Shown here: positions 10,401 through 19,124 of the stretch, in pieces | Numbering within the stretch: position 1 is the first letter of the stretch | Layout: every line of letters begins with the position of its first letter | Assembly (NCBI GenBank): GCA_902600895.1 | Contig: CACKLF010000002.1 | Span: forward strand, 11,030 to 75,029 | DNA: 64,000 nt | Direction of reading: 5' to 3' | Origin: an uncultured Alphaproteobacteria bacterium | GTDB taxonomy: Bacteria; Pseudomonadota; Alphaproteobacteria; Rhodobacterales; Rhodobacteraceae | The notes under the pieces: model-generated | What the model was told of the DNA's origin: nothing | Database searches by the model: none | The model's input: only the letters and a program-made list of their open reading frames with translations | Made by a program: the position numbers and the translations under genes

Positions 10401-11401
10401 TGAAAAAATTAAATATAAGAGAAAAAGTTCTTCAGCAGCCCATAACCATTTTGGATGGTGGCACTGGCACGGAAATCCAGCGGTTGGGTGGCGTAATGAG
10501 TTCAGCTTGGGGTGCTTTGGCAAATATAGAATCTCCTGACGTGGTTATCAGGGTTCATGAAAATCATATCAAAGCAGGTTGTGAAATTATCACGACAAAT
10601 ACATTTTCAACCTGCAGGCATGCGTTAGATGCAATTGGTAAAGGTGATCAAACTGAGGCAATAAATTCGGAAGCGGTAAAGCTAGCTCGAAAGGCAATAC
10701 GGAACACGGGTACTGAGGATAAAGTCTATATAGCAGGCAGCATGTCAAATTTTTTTTCATTACTAGCCAATGAGTTTAGACCCGATCCACAATTTGTTCC
10801 TGATGCTAAAACTGAACAAAAAAATTATAAAGAACTCGCAAAAATTTTAGCAGACTCGGGAGTAGATCTTCTCATTTTGGAGCTTTTGGTAGATATTGAC
10901 CATTCAAAAATTCTTCTGGAGGCCGCAATGGAAACCGGTCTTCCTGTATGGGTAGGCTTAAGTTGTTGCAAGAATAAGATTGATGGTAGTATCGTTGGAC
11001 GCAACTTTTCAGTAGAAAATATAAAGTCCCTGATATACGATGAAGATGAATTTCCTGAAGCACCAAAATTGCTGCCGGAGGATAAAATTATTCCGCTGAA
11101 AGAAATCATTCTTTCACTTAAAGCGGTAGGTGGTGATGTATACGGTATAATGCATAGTTGGTTTGAAGACTCAAAGGCCGGCTTGGAAATCCTAAAAGAA
11201 AATTGGGATGGTCCAATTATGTTTTACCCAGAAATAATGCTTTTTGACACATCAACGGGAGGTGCTCAAATAACGTCAACGGAAAAGGAATTTGCAGATT
11301 CCTGTCAGAAACTCATAGATAATAGAGTAAAAGTTGTAGGAGGTTGTTGCGGTGTATCTGACAAACATTTAAACGCGTTAGTTAAAAAGATTTTACCATA
11401 A
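10400..11401 (+). CDS. Homocysteine S-methyltransferase family protein (BHMT/MmuM-like)
   Basis: ILDGGTGTE N-terminal motif, and Cys residues including C-terminal GGCCG that fit the zinc site of the Pfam S-methyl_trans fold. The ATG at 10400 shares one base with the preceding TGA. The track extension from 10376 is rejected. Confidence 0.8.
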   Translation: MKKLNIREKVLQQPITILDGGTGTEIQRLGGVMSSAWGALANIESPDVVIRVHENHIKAGCEIITTNTFSTCRHALDAIGKGDQTEAINSEAVKLARKAIRNTGTEDKVYIAGSMSNFFSLLANEFRPDPQFVPDAKTEQKNYKELAKILADSGVDLLILELLVDIDHSKILLEAAMETGLPVWVGLSCCKNKIDGSIVGRNFSVENIKSLIYDEDEFPEAPKLLPEDKIIPLKEIILSLKAVGGDVYGIMHSWFEDSKAGLEILKENWDGPIMFYPEIMLFDTSTGGAQITSTEKEFADSCQKLIDNRVKVVGGCCGVSDKHLNALVKKILP

Positions 11402-11441
11402 TAGTTTGGTTTTTATAAAGTACTGTTATTGTTTATATTTA

Positions 11442-12209
11442 TTATAGAAGTGCTTCAGTAAGAACAGGGAAGCTGGTAAAGCCAAAATGACCTTGTTCTT
11501 CCGCTAAGGCCAACTGATTTCTCCAATCTAAGACTTTGTCCTCAGAGACACCTTCTTTTAAAGCAAACTTTGCGATAGTTTCCTCAGTAAATTTTGCTGG
11601 AGAATTATTATTACGTTCCGTAATCAAAAAGGCCAGTTCTTTATTCTTGATATTATAAAAGCCAAGGTTTTGCAGTTTGGATTTCATTTCTATAGGTAAC
11701 ATTTGATGAAAGCAATGGGCCCTGAATGCGTCGTGTATAAGAGTATTCAATTCATTTTCAGGGCCGTGAAATTTGAAATGGTCCCACAGAACTGAAACAT
11801 TTACAAATTTCCCTCCTGACTTGAGCAACCGTTTAGTTTCTACAAGAACACTATCTACATTTTCAATATACTCTAAAGTTTGGGTAGATGTAATAGAATC
11901 AAAAAAATTAGTGGGTAGGTTTATTTTTTCCGCCCCTTGGCATAAAAACTCAACATTTTTGAGTTGAATACACCTATCCTTTGCTGAAGTTATTTGAGCT
12001 TCACTTGGATCTAAACCAAATGATTTGCCAGTTGGGCCAACACTAAGAGCTACTTCTTCTAAAAGGTGGCCTCCTCCACACCCTATATCTAAAATTTTTT
12101 GACCAATCTGAATATCAAGGGCATTTAAAACCGCCAGTCGACGATTTATGCCTGCAGAGCTTGCAGCCATTCTTTGTTGTAAATTACTGTTTGCTCCGCT
12201 GAAATCCAT
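11442..12209 (-). CDS. Class I SAM-dependent methyltransferase
   Basis: SAM-binding motif I ILDIGCGGGHLL, post-I acidic residue (GLDPS) and motif II/III spacing typical of the Methyltransf_11 type. Substrate unknown. Confidence 0.75.
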   Translation of the reverse strand: MDFSGANSNLQQRMAASSAGINRRLAVLNALDIQIGQKILDIGCGGGHLLEEVALSVGPTGKSFGLDPSEAQITSAKDRCIQLKNVEFLCQGAEKINLPTNFFDSITSTQTLEYIENVDSVLVETKRLLKSGGKFVNVSVLWDHFKFHGPENELNTLIHDAFRAHCFHQMLPIEMKSKLQNLGFYNIKNKELAFLITERNNNSPAKFTEETIAKFALKEGVSEDKVLDWRNQLALAEEQGHFGFTSFPVLTEALL

Positions 12210-12230
12210 TTTTGATCCTTTTTCATATTT

Positions 12231-12566
12231 TTAGTCTTTTATATTGTGAGGGAGTAAATGTTTGGTTAAGACGTCGCCTTCTAAAACTGATATTTCTCTA
12301 ACTAAATGATTAAAATCTTTATTGTTAAATTTTTGGTCTCGTGTTGTAGAGGCTGCTTCTCTCGCTTTATCATTTGGGTAAACAGAAACACTAATCCCAG
12401 AAGTTTCACCAGTCTTAACAAAGAGTAATATTTCTGCTTGAGGGTAGTTTTTTGCACCATTTTTTTGAAAATACTTGGCAAATTCTTCTAGAGCAGAGGA
12501 ATCATGAAATTCATACAAATTTACATTAGATATACTCACTAAATACCCTTCTACCTGATAGAACAC
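12231..12566 (-). CDS. Hypothetical small protein (111 aa)
   Basis: A clean ORF 21 nt upstream of the methyltransferase on the same strand, divergent from the selenoprotein candidate. No motif recognised. Confidence 0.4.
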   Translation of the reverse strand: MFYQVEGYLVSISNVNLYEFHDSSALEEFAKYFQKNGAKNYPQAEILLFVKTGETSGISVSVYPNDKAREAASTTRDQKFNNKDFNHLVREISVLEGDVLTKHLLPHNIKD

Positions 12567-12662
12567 TTAATTGTGAATGGAAGTGTTCATTATGTAAACT
12601 ATTTATTTACAGAAATTCAAAAATCTGCGATAATAGAGCCAATTTAATTTGAGAGAAAATTA

Positions 12663-13898
12663 ATGGTATTAATTCCAGAAATGCCTGCTATAGGGCGCGG
12701 ATTTATAAAAAGACTTAAACCACCTGATATTGAAAAACTTACTTGGACTGCGCCAAAAGCATCAGCGGAGCGAAGGGTTGCAATAGTCTCAACAGCAGCT
12801 GTCTCGAGACGTGGTGAAAAACCTTTTTCTTGGCTGGCTAGGGATTATCGCACAATTTCAAAAAGTGATAGAGATTTAGTAATGACTCATGTTGCAGCTG
12901 AATATGATCGAACAGGTTGGCAACAAGATCTTAATACAATTATTCCTTTTGATCGTTTGGAAGAGATGGCGAATGATGGTGAAATTGGCTCTGTGGCAGA
13001 GAGTCATTACGCCTTCATGGGGGCTGCTGATCCTCAGGATATGAAAAAATATGCTATTGAGGTAGCAGGAAAGATGAAGCAAGAAGCGGTTGATACCGTA
13101 TTTCTTGTTCCCGTCTGACCATTTTGTACGCGCGCCGTGTGCGGGCTGGCTCATATCTTCGAATCTCATGGTTTTTCAACAGTTCTAGTAGGATTTGTCA
13201 GAGAACATATTGAAATCATTAAACCTCCTAGAGCGTTGTGGTTAAATTTTCCAATGGGCAGACCTATGGGAAAACCTAACGATCCTGATTATCAAAAAAA
13301 AATAATCCGTAGTGCTTTTGAATTGTTGGAAAAGAAGGCTGGCCCTGTACTTGAAGATTTTCCAGATATAATACCCGTAAAAGACGGAAGGATGGGATAT
13401 GCTCTTCCTGTGGATCTGGTAATGAAGGTGTCGGAGATTGGTGATGTAGATAGCCTTCTGAGGGAGGTTCAGTCAGAAATTTCTGGCATGTATCAAGACT
13501 ATCTGCTTGCAAAGAAATTTCGAGGCAGAACAACAGTTGGTTCAAGTGAAATGGAAATAAAAGAACTTGCTCCATTTGTAGCTTCATTTGTTAAGGGAGA
13601 AAAACCTAATAATCCTAGGAAAGGTGTTACAGCAATTCCTCAACTCAAATTAGTAGTAGAGGATTTAAATGCCTATTATACAGAAACTAGAATGCATAGG
13701 GACGATATTGATGATTTTGAAGTCCTTGGAAAATGGTTTTGGGAAGAGTCTAAAGTTGGAAAGCTAGTCTTGGCGCTAGAGGCTGTGTCATTGGAAAGTA
13801 ATGACAAGGTACTCCGTCAAATTGTTAATATGTCTCTTATAACACCTCGATTTTGGTCTGAAGGCCCACTTCCAGGGACATCAGCATCTGGTTGGTGA
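12663..13898 (+). CDS. GrdB/PrdB-family (glycine/sarcosine/betaine/D-proline reductase protein B-like) selenoprotein candidate, with in-frame TGA (Sec) at 13116..13118
   Basis: Track ORFs 12663..13118 and 13137..13898 share a frame (the offset of 474 nt is 3 x 158). Only one TGA and six sense codons lie between them. The joined protein (411 aa) reads ..AVDTVFLVPV-U-PFCTRAVCGLAHIFESHGFSTVLVGF... The U-x-x-C-T-R context after a hydrophobic strand matches my recollection of the Sec site of GrdB-type proteins. TGA is a normal stop for other genes here, at 714..716, 10398..10400 and 13896..13898. Confidence 0.7.
13126..13146 (+). promoter_or_regulatory. Candidate bacterial SECIS hairpin downstream of the in-frame TGA
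   Basis: GUACGCGC-GCCGU-GUGCGGGC. Proposed pairs: G26-C46, U27-G45, (A28xG44 mismatch), C29-G43, G30-C42, C31-G41, G32-U40, C33-G39, with a 5-nt loop GCCGU. It begins 7 nt after the UGA, and the loop lies about 16 nt downstream. The stretch is strikingly GC-rich for this AT-rich window. Folded by eye only. Confidence 0.45.
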
Positions 13899-13967
13899 GC
13901 AAAACAAGACAAAAATGCATAAGTGCATCATGATTTCTCTTATGTAGCTATATCTTTTTCACAACCC

Positions 13968-14861
13968 TTATGAAACATCTGTCTCAATGGGTAAAGTTTT
14001 GTCTTTTGCCCACTCACTCATGGAATTATCATAAATCTCTAAGTTTTCAAATCCTAACTGTAGGAGAACAAATGCATCTAATGTTGCCGCTATACCACCT
14101 CCACAGTAGTTTATAATTTTTTTCTTTGAGTGAATATTATTTTCCGTTATCAAATCTAATGCTTCTTTGGGTGACTTTAGCTTCCCAGTTTTTGTATCTA
14201 AAAAATCATGAAATGGTATATTCAAGCTTTTAGGTATTCTACCACAACGACCATATCGTGGATTTTCTCCGGAATGAATATCTCTAGTCAAGGAGTTTAG
14301 AAGAATACATGAATTATCATTAATGGCTTTCAGCACCGATTCCTTTTCAACAAAAATATGCTCCTTGAAGGCTGGTTTAAAAGTTGATGGTTCAAACTTA
14401 TTAATACCTGTGGTTATTTCAAACCCTGATCGTACCCATTCATTATACCCTCCATCTAATATTGAAACTCTTTCAACGCCTAAGACATATAACATCCACC
14501 ATACCCTTGTTGCCCATTGAGCTCCATTTCTAGAATATAGTATTATATGATACTGTTCCCCAATACCAAGAGCCTCAAAATTTTTTTTCAGTTCCGGAAG
14601 GGACTGCAAAGTGAAGCTGTATTGGCTGTTTTGTTTCGATAAATGCCTTTGTATATCTATAAAAGCACTGTTTGGTATATGCGAGTTTTGATATTCGGAT
14701 AAGCCGCTAATTACGTCATATGGAGTTGTGGGGTCATCATCTTTATATGCCAGATAAGTACTGCAATCATAGATCCTTATACCTTTATCGTTTTGTCTTT
14801 CGTTAAGCCAATCGCACGAAACAATAAATTGTGGGTATTTCCATTTCACCGTTTTTTCCAT
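13968..14861 (-). CDS. Two-domain rhodanese sulfurtransferase (thiosulfate/3-mercaptopyruvate type)
   Basis: 297 aa with tandem rhodanese domains and a C-terminal catalytic loop NYCGGGIAATL. The N-terminal domain is inactive, as in SseA/TST-type enzymes. Confidence 0.75.
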   Translation of the reverse strand: MEKTVKWKYPQFIVSCDWLNERQNDKGIRIYDCSTYLAYKDDDPTTPYDVISGLSEYQNSHIPNSAFIDIQRHLSKQNSQYSFTLQSLPELKKNFEALGIGEQYHIILYSRNGAQWATRVWWMLYVLGVERVSILDGGYNEWVRSGFEITTGINKFEPSTFKPAFKEHIFVEKESVLKAINDNSCILLNSLTRDIHSGENPRYGRCGRIPKSLNIPFHDFLDTKTGKLKSPKEALDLITENNIHSKKKIINYCGGGIAATLDAFVLLQLGFENLEIYDNSMSEWAKDKTLPIETDVS

Positions 14862-14881
14862 TCTGAAAACCTTAAAATATT

Positions 14882-15289
14882 TTAATCTACTGGATTTCGT
14901 AAATAATCACGTTCAGAGACATGCTCTAACCAATTAGCAACCTTTCCGTTCAGTGACTCTTGGATGGCTATATGCGTCATACTTGTATTTGGTGTTGCCC
15001 CATGCCAGTGCTCTACATCAGGTGGTATCCAAACTGAATCACCTAGCTTAATCACTCGCGGAGCCTCATTTCTCAAGGAAACTAGACCTACACCTGACAG
15101 AACGTATAGAGTTTGGCCCAAAGGATGAGTATGCCAGGCCGTTCGTGCTCCTGCTTCAAATAGTACCTTTAATGATCGAGTTCTTGCTGGTTCTGGTGCC
15201 TCAATAATGGGTTCTTGAAATACAACTCCATAAAACCATTCTAAAGGTGGTTTGTTTAGTGGTCTGGCTTCATTTTTTTCAATTCTCAC
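14882..15289 (-). CDS. Cupin domain protein
   Basis: 135 aa single cupin barrel with metal motifs WHTHPLGQTLYVLSG and PPDVEHWHG. Confidence 0.7.
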   Translation of the reverse strand: MRIEKNEARPLNKPPLEWFYGVVFQEPIIEAPEPARTRSLKVLFEAGARTAWHTHPLGQTLYVLSGVGLVSLRNEAPRVIKLGDSVWIPPDVEHWHGATPNTSMTHIAIQESLNGKVANWLEHVSERDYLRNPVD

Positions 15290-15345
15290 ACTACTTCTCC
15301 TGCTTTGGCTTTAAATGAAATTTTACTCAGGTGGAATTTCTTTAC

Positions 15346-16233
15346 TCAATTAAATTCGCTTTTGGGCACATTTGATAATCCATCTTCTGGTGACAAAGAA
15401 ACACATATACTAGCTAGTGTTCTTGGTTCTTGATAAGGCCATGGGCGACCCCTGTGCAAAATAGAGCGCTCATCCCAGATTAAAACGTCTCCTTTTTGCC
15501 AAGTATGCGTATATACATTTTCTTTCTGAGTGGCAAAATCAATTATTTCATTTATTATTTTCTGTGACTTAGACTTGGAAAAGCCTTCCATTTTATATGC
15601 GTGTGATGCAATGTAGATCGACTTTTTACCATTGACAGGATTTTCAATTATTGAGCTCCACTTTTGTGGCTTCCATCTCGAAATTTTATTAAGCTTTGCT
15701 AGGCTTGGATCTATTTGTTTTCTCGAATGTACAAAACTATGAAAAAATTTACGATCTTTTATTTTTTCCAAAATCCCATTTGGTAGGTTTTTGATAGGTA
15801 ACCTAGTTGAAGCTAGTTCCGTCTCCCCTCCAGTTGACGGAATTATTTTCGCGGCAATTATATTGGCTAGTGCGGGGATAGGTAAAAATGTGCTGTCAGT
15901 ATGCCAGAGCATATTACCTTTCAGATCAAGCATTCGCATATGAGTTTCTTCGAATACACGACCCTCGCCATTTTGGTTTGAAACTTTTGGAAGTTGAAAT
16001 GGTATTGGAGAGTTTTTCGCCATTGCTTCTCTATTTTCTAAAGGCCCAAAAAGTTTTGCCAAGTTTATATGTGCCTGTTCTGAAAAATTTTGATTTTTGA
16101 AAAGCAAAACTGAGTGCTCCTCAAATAACTCCCTGATTTCCGGGTATAAGTTTTTTTTAGTGACTTTGTCTAAGTTAATATTTTTAACGATAACACCGAA
16201 TTTCTCATGCAGCGGACGAATTTTTAAATGCAT
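15346..16233 (-). CDS. TauD/TfdA family Fe(II)/2-oxoglutarate dioxygenase
   Basis: 295 aa. HxD facial-triad motif WHTDSTF, distal His in ILHRGRPW, and an N-terminal strand pattern (GVIVKNINL) typical of TfdA-like enzymes. Confidence 0.8.
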   Translation of the reverse strand: MHLKIRPLHEKFGVIVKNINLDKVTKKNLYPEIRELFEEHSVLLFKNQNFSEQAHINLAKLFGPLENREAMAKNSPIPFQLPKVSNQNGEGRVFEETHMRMLDLKGNMLWHTDSTFLPIPALANIIAAKIIPSTGGETELASTRLPIKNLPNGILEKIKDRKFFHSFVHSRKQIDPSLAKLNKISRWKPQKWSSIIENPVNGKKSIYIASHAYKMEGFSKSKSQKIINEIIDFATQKENVYTHTWQKGDVLIWDERSILHRGRPWPYQEPRTLASICVSLSPEDGLSNVPKSEFN

Positions 16234-16322
16234 TAATTCTCCAATACGAAAGTATTCTCTTCTATAAAAAAATAATTGCAGTAATATTATTAACTTAAAT
16301 AAATATTGTTGAGAACAGATTT

Positions 16323-17111
16323 ATGGAAAAAGTTTATTTAGAGGATATCATTGATTATAACTCATGCCCCCTATTGGATAAAAAATTCGTCAGCAATTGT
16401 TTCGAGGTTTTGAGTAGAGAAGGCGCTCTTACAATTAAGAATTTTTTAAAATCAAAAACAATATCAAGTTTGGTAGAAGAGGCTAAGAATAATCAACATA
16501 AAGCCTACTACTCTGACTCTACGCATAACATTTATCTCACACCAAGTGATGATTCTTTACCTGATGATCATATTTTTAATTTACAGATAAAATCATCAAA
16601 AGGGTGTATAACCACTGACCAAATACCAGACAACTCTGCCTTAAAAGCTGTTTATACTTCAGAAGTGTTTAAAAACTTTATAGCAGCAATAGTTGGTGAA
16701 AAGACACTTTATGAGTATGAGGATCCTTTGTCTTCTATAAATATTCACTATGCTAAACATGGGCAAGAACTGGGATGGCATTTTGATAATTCAAGTTTTG
16801 CAGTGACACTTCTGTTGCAAAAACCCTTAGATGGGGGTGTTTTTGAATATGTTAAAAATGTGCGGAATTCCGAGTCCGGAGAAATGGGTTTTGATAAAGC
16901 AAAAGAAGTTGTTAAGGGCAAAATAGCACCATCTGTTTTGGACCTAGATCCTGGAACGTTAGTCTTATTTAAAGGTAGGGACTCAATGCATAGGGTCACT
17001 CCAACAGTGGGAAAGCAAACACGCTATCTCGTTGTGTTCGCTTACAATTCCAAGCCCGGAGTTTCGTTGTCTAAATCAGCCCAAAAAACCTTTTATGGAA
17101 GGGTAACTTAA
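16323..17111 (+). CDS. Fe(II)/2-oxoglutarate oxygenase superfamily protein (small free-substrate hydroxylase type)
   Basis: 262 aa. HxD motif WHFDNS and distal His in DSMHRVTP, about 75 residues apart, consistent with a jelly-roll core. Family assignment beyond the superfamily is uncertain. Confidence 0.55.
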   Translation: MEKVYLEDIIDYNSCPLLDKKFVSNCFEVLSREGALTIKNFLKSKTISSLVEEAKNNQHKAYYSDSTHNIYLTPSDDSLPDDHIFNLQIKSSKGCITTDQIPDNSALKAVYTSEVFKNFIAAIVGEKTLYEYEDPLSSINIHYAKHGQELGWHFDNSSFAVTLLLQKPLDGGVFEYVKNVRNSESGEMGFDKAKEVVKGKIAPSVLDLDPGTLVLFKGRDSMHRVTPTVGKQTRYLVVFAYNSKPGVSLSKSAQKTFYGRVT

Positions 17112-17113
17112 CC

Positions 17114-18433
17114 TTACTGTTTGCCTGGTATCCAACTGGTACCTGCTAAAGGCACGCCGGCCATTGCTGACGCCTCCACTGTCAGAGCGCATAAATCCTC
17201 CGGTTCTAAATTTCTTAGGTCATTTTTCCCACATGCTCGCGCTATTGTTTGTGCTTCCATGGTCATAACCTTTAGAAAGTTTGATAAGCGGCGACCACCT
17301 TCTATAGGATCCAACTTTTTCATTAATGTAGGGTTTTGCGTAGTTATACCTGCAGGATCATTTCCTTCATGCCAATCATCATATGCTCCATGTGTTGTAC
17401 CAAGTTTTTGATACTGTTCTTCATACTTGGGATCATTATCGCCCAAAGCTATTAAGGCTGCAGTCCCAATAGATACTGCATCTGCTCCCAGAGCCATTGC
17501 TTTGGCAACATCGGCACCATTTCTTATACCGCCAGAGACAATCAATTGAACTTTTTTATGTACTCCCAATTCCTGTAAGGCTTTTACAGCTGGCCTTATG
17601 CAGGCTAGAGTGGGAATTCCAACATTTTCAATGAAAACCTCCTGTGTAGCGGCGGTACCCCCTTGCATGCCATCAATTACAATGGCATCCGCTCCAGCCT
17701 TAACAGCTAGTGCAATATCGTAAAATGGTCGTGCAGCTGCTACCTTTACAATTATCGGAACTTTCCACCCTGTAATCTCTCTGAGTTCGAGTATTTTAAT
17801 TTCCATATCATCTGGACCGGTCCAGTCTGGATGACGACAAGGTGAGCGTTGATCAATCCCTTTTGGTAGAGTTCTCATTTCAGCAACTCGGTCATTAATT
17901 TTTTGGCCTAATAGCATACCACCACCACCTGGTTTAGCACCTTGACCAACAACTACTTCTATGGCATCTGCCTTTCTTAAGTCATCAGGGTTCATTCCAT
18001 ATCTAGATGGTAAAAGTTGGTATATAAGTTTTTTTGAATGCCCCCTTTCCTCTTTAGTCATTCCCCCGTCGCCTGTTGTTGTAGAGGTGCCAGCAATTGT
18101 AGCACCTCTTCCTATTGCTTCTTTTGCTGGGCCAGAGAGTGCGCCAAAACTCATTCCTGCTATTGTTATAGGAATATCAAGATAGAGTGGGTTTTTAGCA
18201 TTTTTATCTCCTATGGTAACTTTAGTGTTGCACGACTCTCGATATCCTTCTAGTGGATATCGTGAAATAGATGCTCCAAGAAAAAGTAAGTCATCAAAAT
18301 GTGGAAGACGCCTTTTTGATCCCCCACCTCTAATATCATAAATGCCTGTTTCAGCTGCTCGACGTATTTCCGAGTTGGTATATGGATCAAATAAGGTTGA
18401 TTGCCTAGGATGAGTTTTGGGACCTTGGGACAT
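17114..18433 (-). CDS. GltB FMN/synthase-domain protein (N-methylglutamate synthase subunit C-like)
   Basis: 439 aa, matching the FMN-binding TIM-barrel domain of glutamate synthase large subunit (GAKPGGGG, SGGIRNGADVAKAMALGADAV). It is the last gene of a three-gene set with overlapping or adjacent starts. Confidence 0.8.
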   Translation of the reverse strand: MSQGPKTHPRQSTLFDPYTNSEIRRAAETGIYDIRGGGSKRRLPHFDDLLFLGASISRYPLEGYRESCNTKVTIGDKNAKNPLYLDIPITIAGMSFGALSGPAKEAIGRGATIAGTSTTTGDGGMTKEERGHSKKLIYQLLPSRYGMNPDDLRKADAIEVVVGQGAKPGGGGMLLGQKINDRVAEMRTLPKGIDQRSPCRHPDWTGPDDMEIKILELREITGWKVPIIVKVAAARPFYDIALAVKAGADAIVIDGMQGGTAATQEVFIENVGIPTLACIRPAVKALQELGVHKKVQLIVSGGIRNGADVAKAMALGADAVSIGTAALIALGDNDPKYEEQYQKLGTTHGAYDDWHEGNDPAGITTQNPTLMKKLDPIEGGRRLSNFLKVMTMEAQTIARACGKNDLRNLEPEDLCALTVEASAMAGVPLAGTSWIPGKQ

Positions 18434-18443
18434 TGTTTAATCC

Positions 18444-19124
18444 TTAATATTTATTTGCGTTGTCGACATTAAAATTGTATAGGCTTCTCGCTGATCCATA
18501 CCTTCGAAAACCTTCGACTTCCATGTTATCAATTTTAGCTTTCATAAAGAGTTTTTTGAGTAAATTTTTGTGGCTTTTTTCCATCTTTTTTTCGACACAA
18601 TCTGCCCCAAGTGATTTAACCTTTCCAATCACAAAAATATTTGCCTCATAAATACTATCTCCGAGAGCGTCACCCGCATCTCCACAAATTACAAGATTTC
18701 CTGCCTGCGCCATAAATGCTGACATATGACCAACGTTACCTTGGACAATTATATCTATTCCTTTCATAGAAATCCCACACCTTGACGAAGAGTTTCCCTC
18801 TATTATTAAAATTCCTCCATGAGCTGAGGCGCCTGCATATTGGCTGGCATTTCCTTTCACCTGTACGGTGCCAGACATCATGTTTTCGGCAACCCCTGGG
18901 CCTACGGAGCCATTGACAACAATATTGGCCTTTTTGTTCATTCCACCACAGTAATAACCCACACTGCCATCTATTTTGACATTGATTGAGTTATCTAAGC
19001 CTACGGCTATAGCATGCCTTCCCATAGGGTTTTTGATCATCCAATCTATTTTTTGAGGTGACCCTTGAAGATTAGAGTTAACTTCTCTTAGAGATAGGGA
19101 TTTCAAATCTAACGTTTGCATCAT
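18444..19124 (-). CDS. GXGXG-motif protein (GltB C-terminal beta-helix domain; N-methylglutamate synthase subunit B-like)
   Basis: 226 aa with repeated G-x-G-x-G beta-helix turns (GSVGYYCGGGM.., GSVGPGVAENM, GNVGHMSAF). ATGA overlap with the upstream amidotransferase gene. Confidence 0.8.
   Translation of the reverse strand: MMQTLDLKSLSLREVNSNLQGSPQKIDWMIKNPMGRHAIAVGLDNSINVKIDGSVGYYCGGMNKKANIVVNGSVGPGVAENMMSGTVQVKGNASQYAGASAHGGILIIEGNSSSRCGISMKGIDIIVQGNVGHMSAFMAQAGNLVICGDAGDALGDSIYEANIFVIGKVKSLGADCVEKKMEKSHKNLLKKLFMKAKIDNMEVEGFRRYGSARSLYNFNVDNANKY

Noticed and set aside
13116-13118. Alternative explanation for the in-frame TGA: a genome-wide TGA-sense genetic code (code 4 or 25).
   Set aside because: TGA clearly terminates other well-delimited genes in the window (714..716, 10398..10400, 13896..13898) at positions where homology ends. 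A reassigned code is therefore not supported.
12663-13898. Alternative explanation: two separate genes, or a pseudogene broken by a nonsense mutation.
   Set aside because: Not fully excluded, but unlikely. The second ORF has no ribosome-binding site, and its start is a GTG inside a continuous conserved segment. The frame is preserved, there is only one interruption, and it falls exactly where the GrdB family carries Sec. A structured GC-rich element follows. A sequencing error can only be ruled out with read data.
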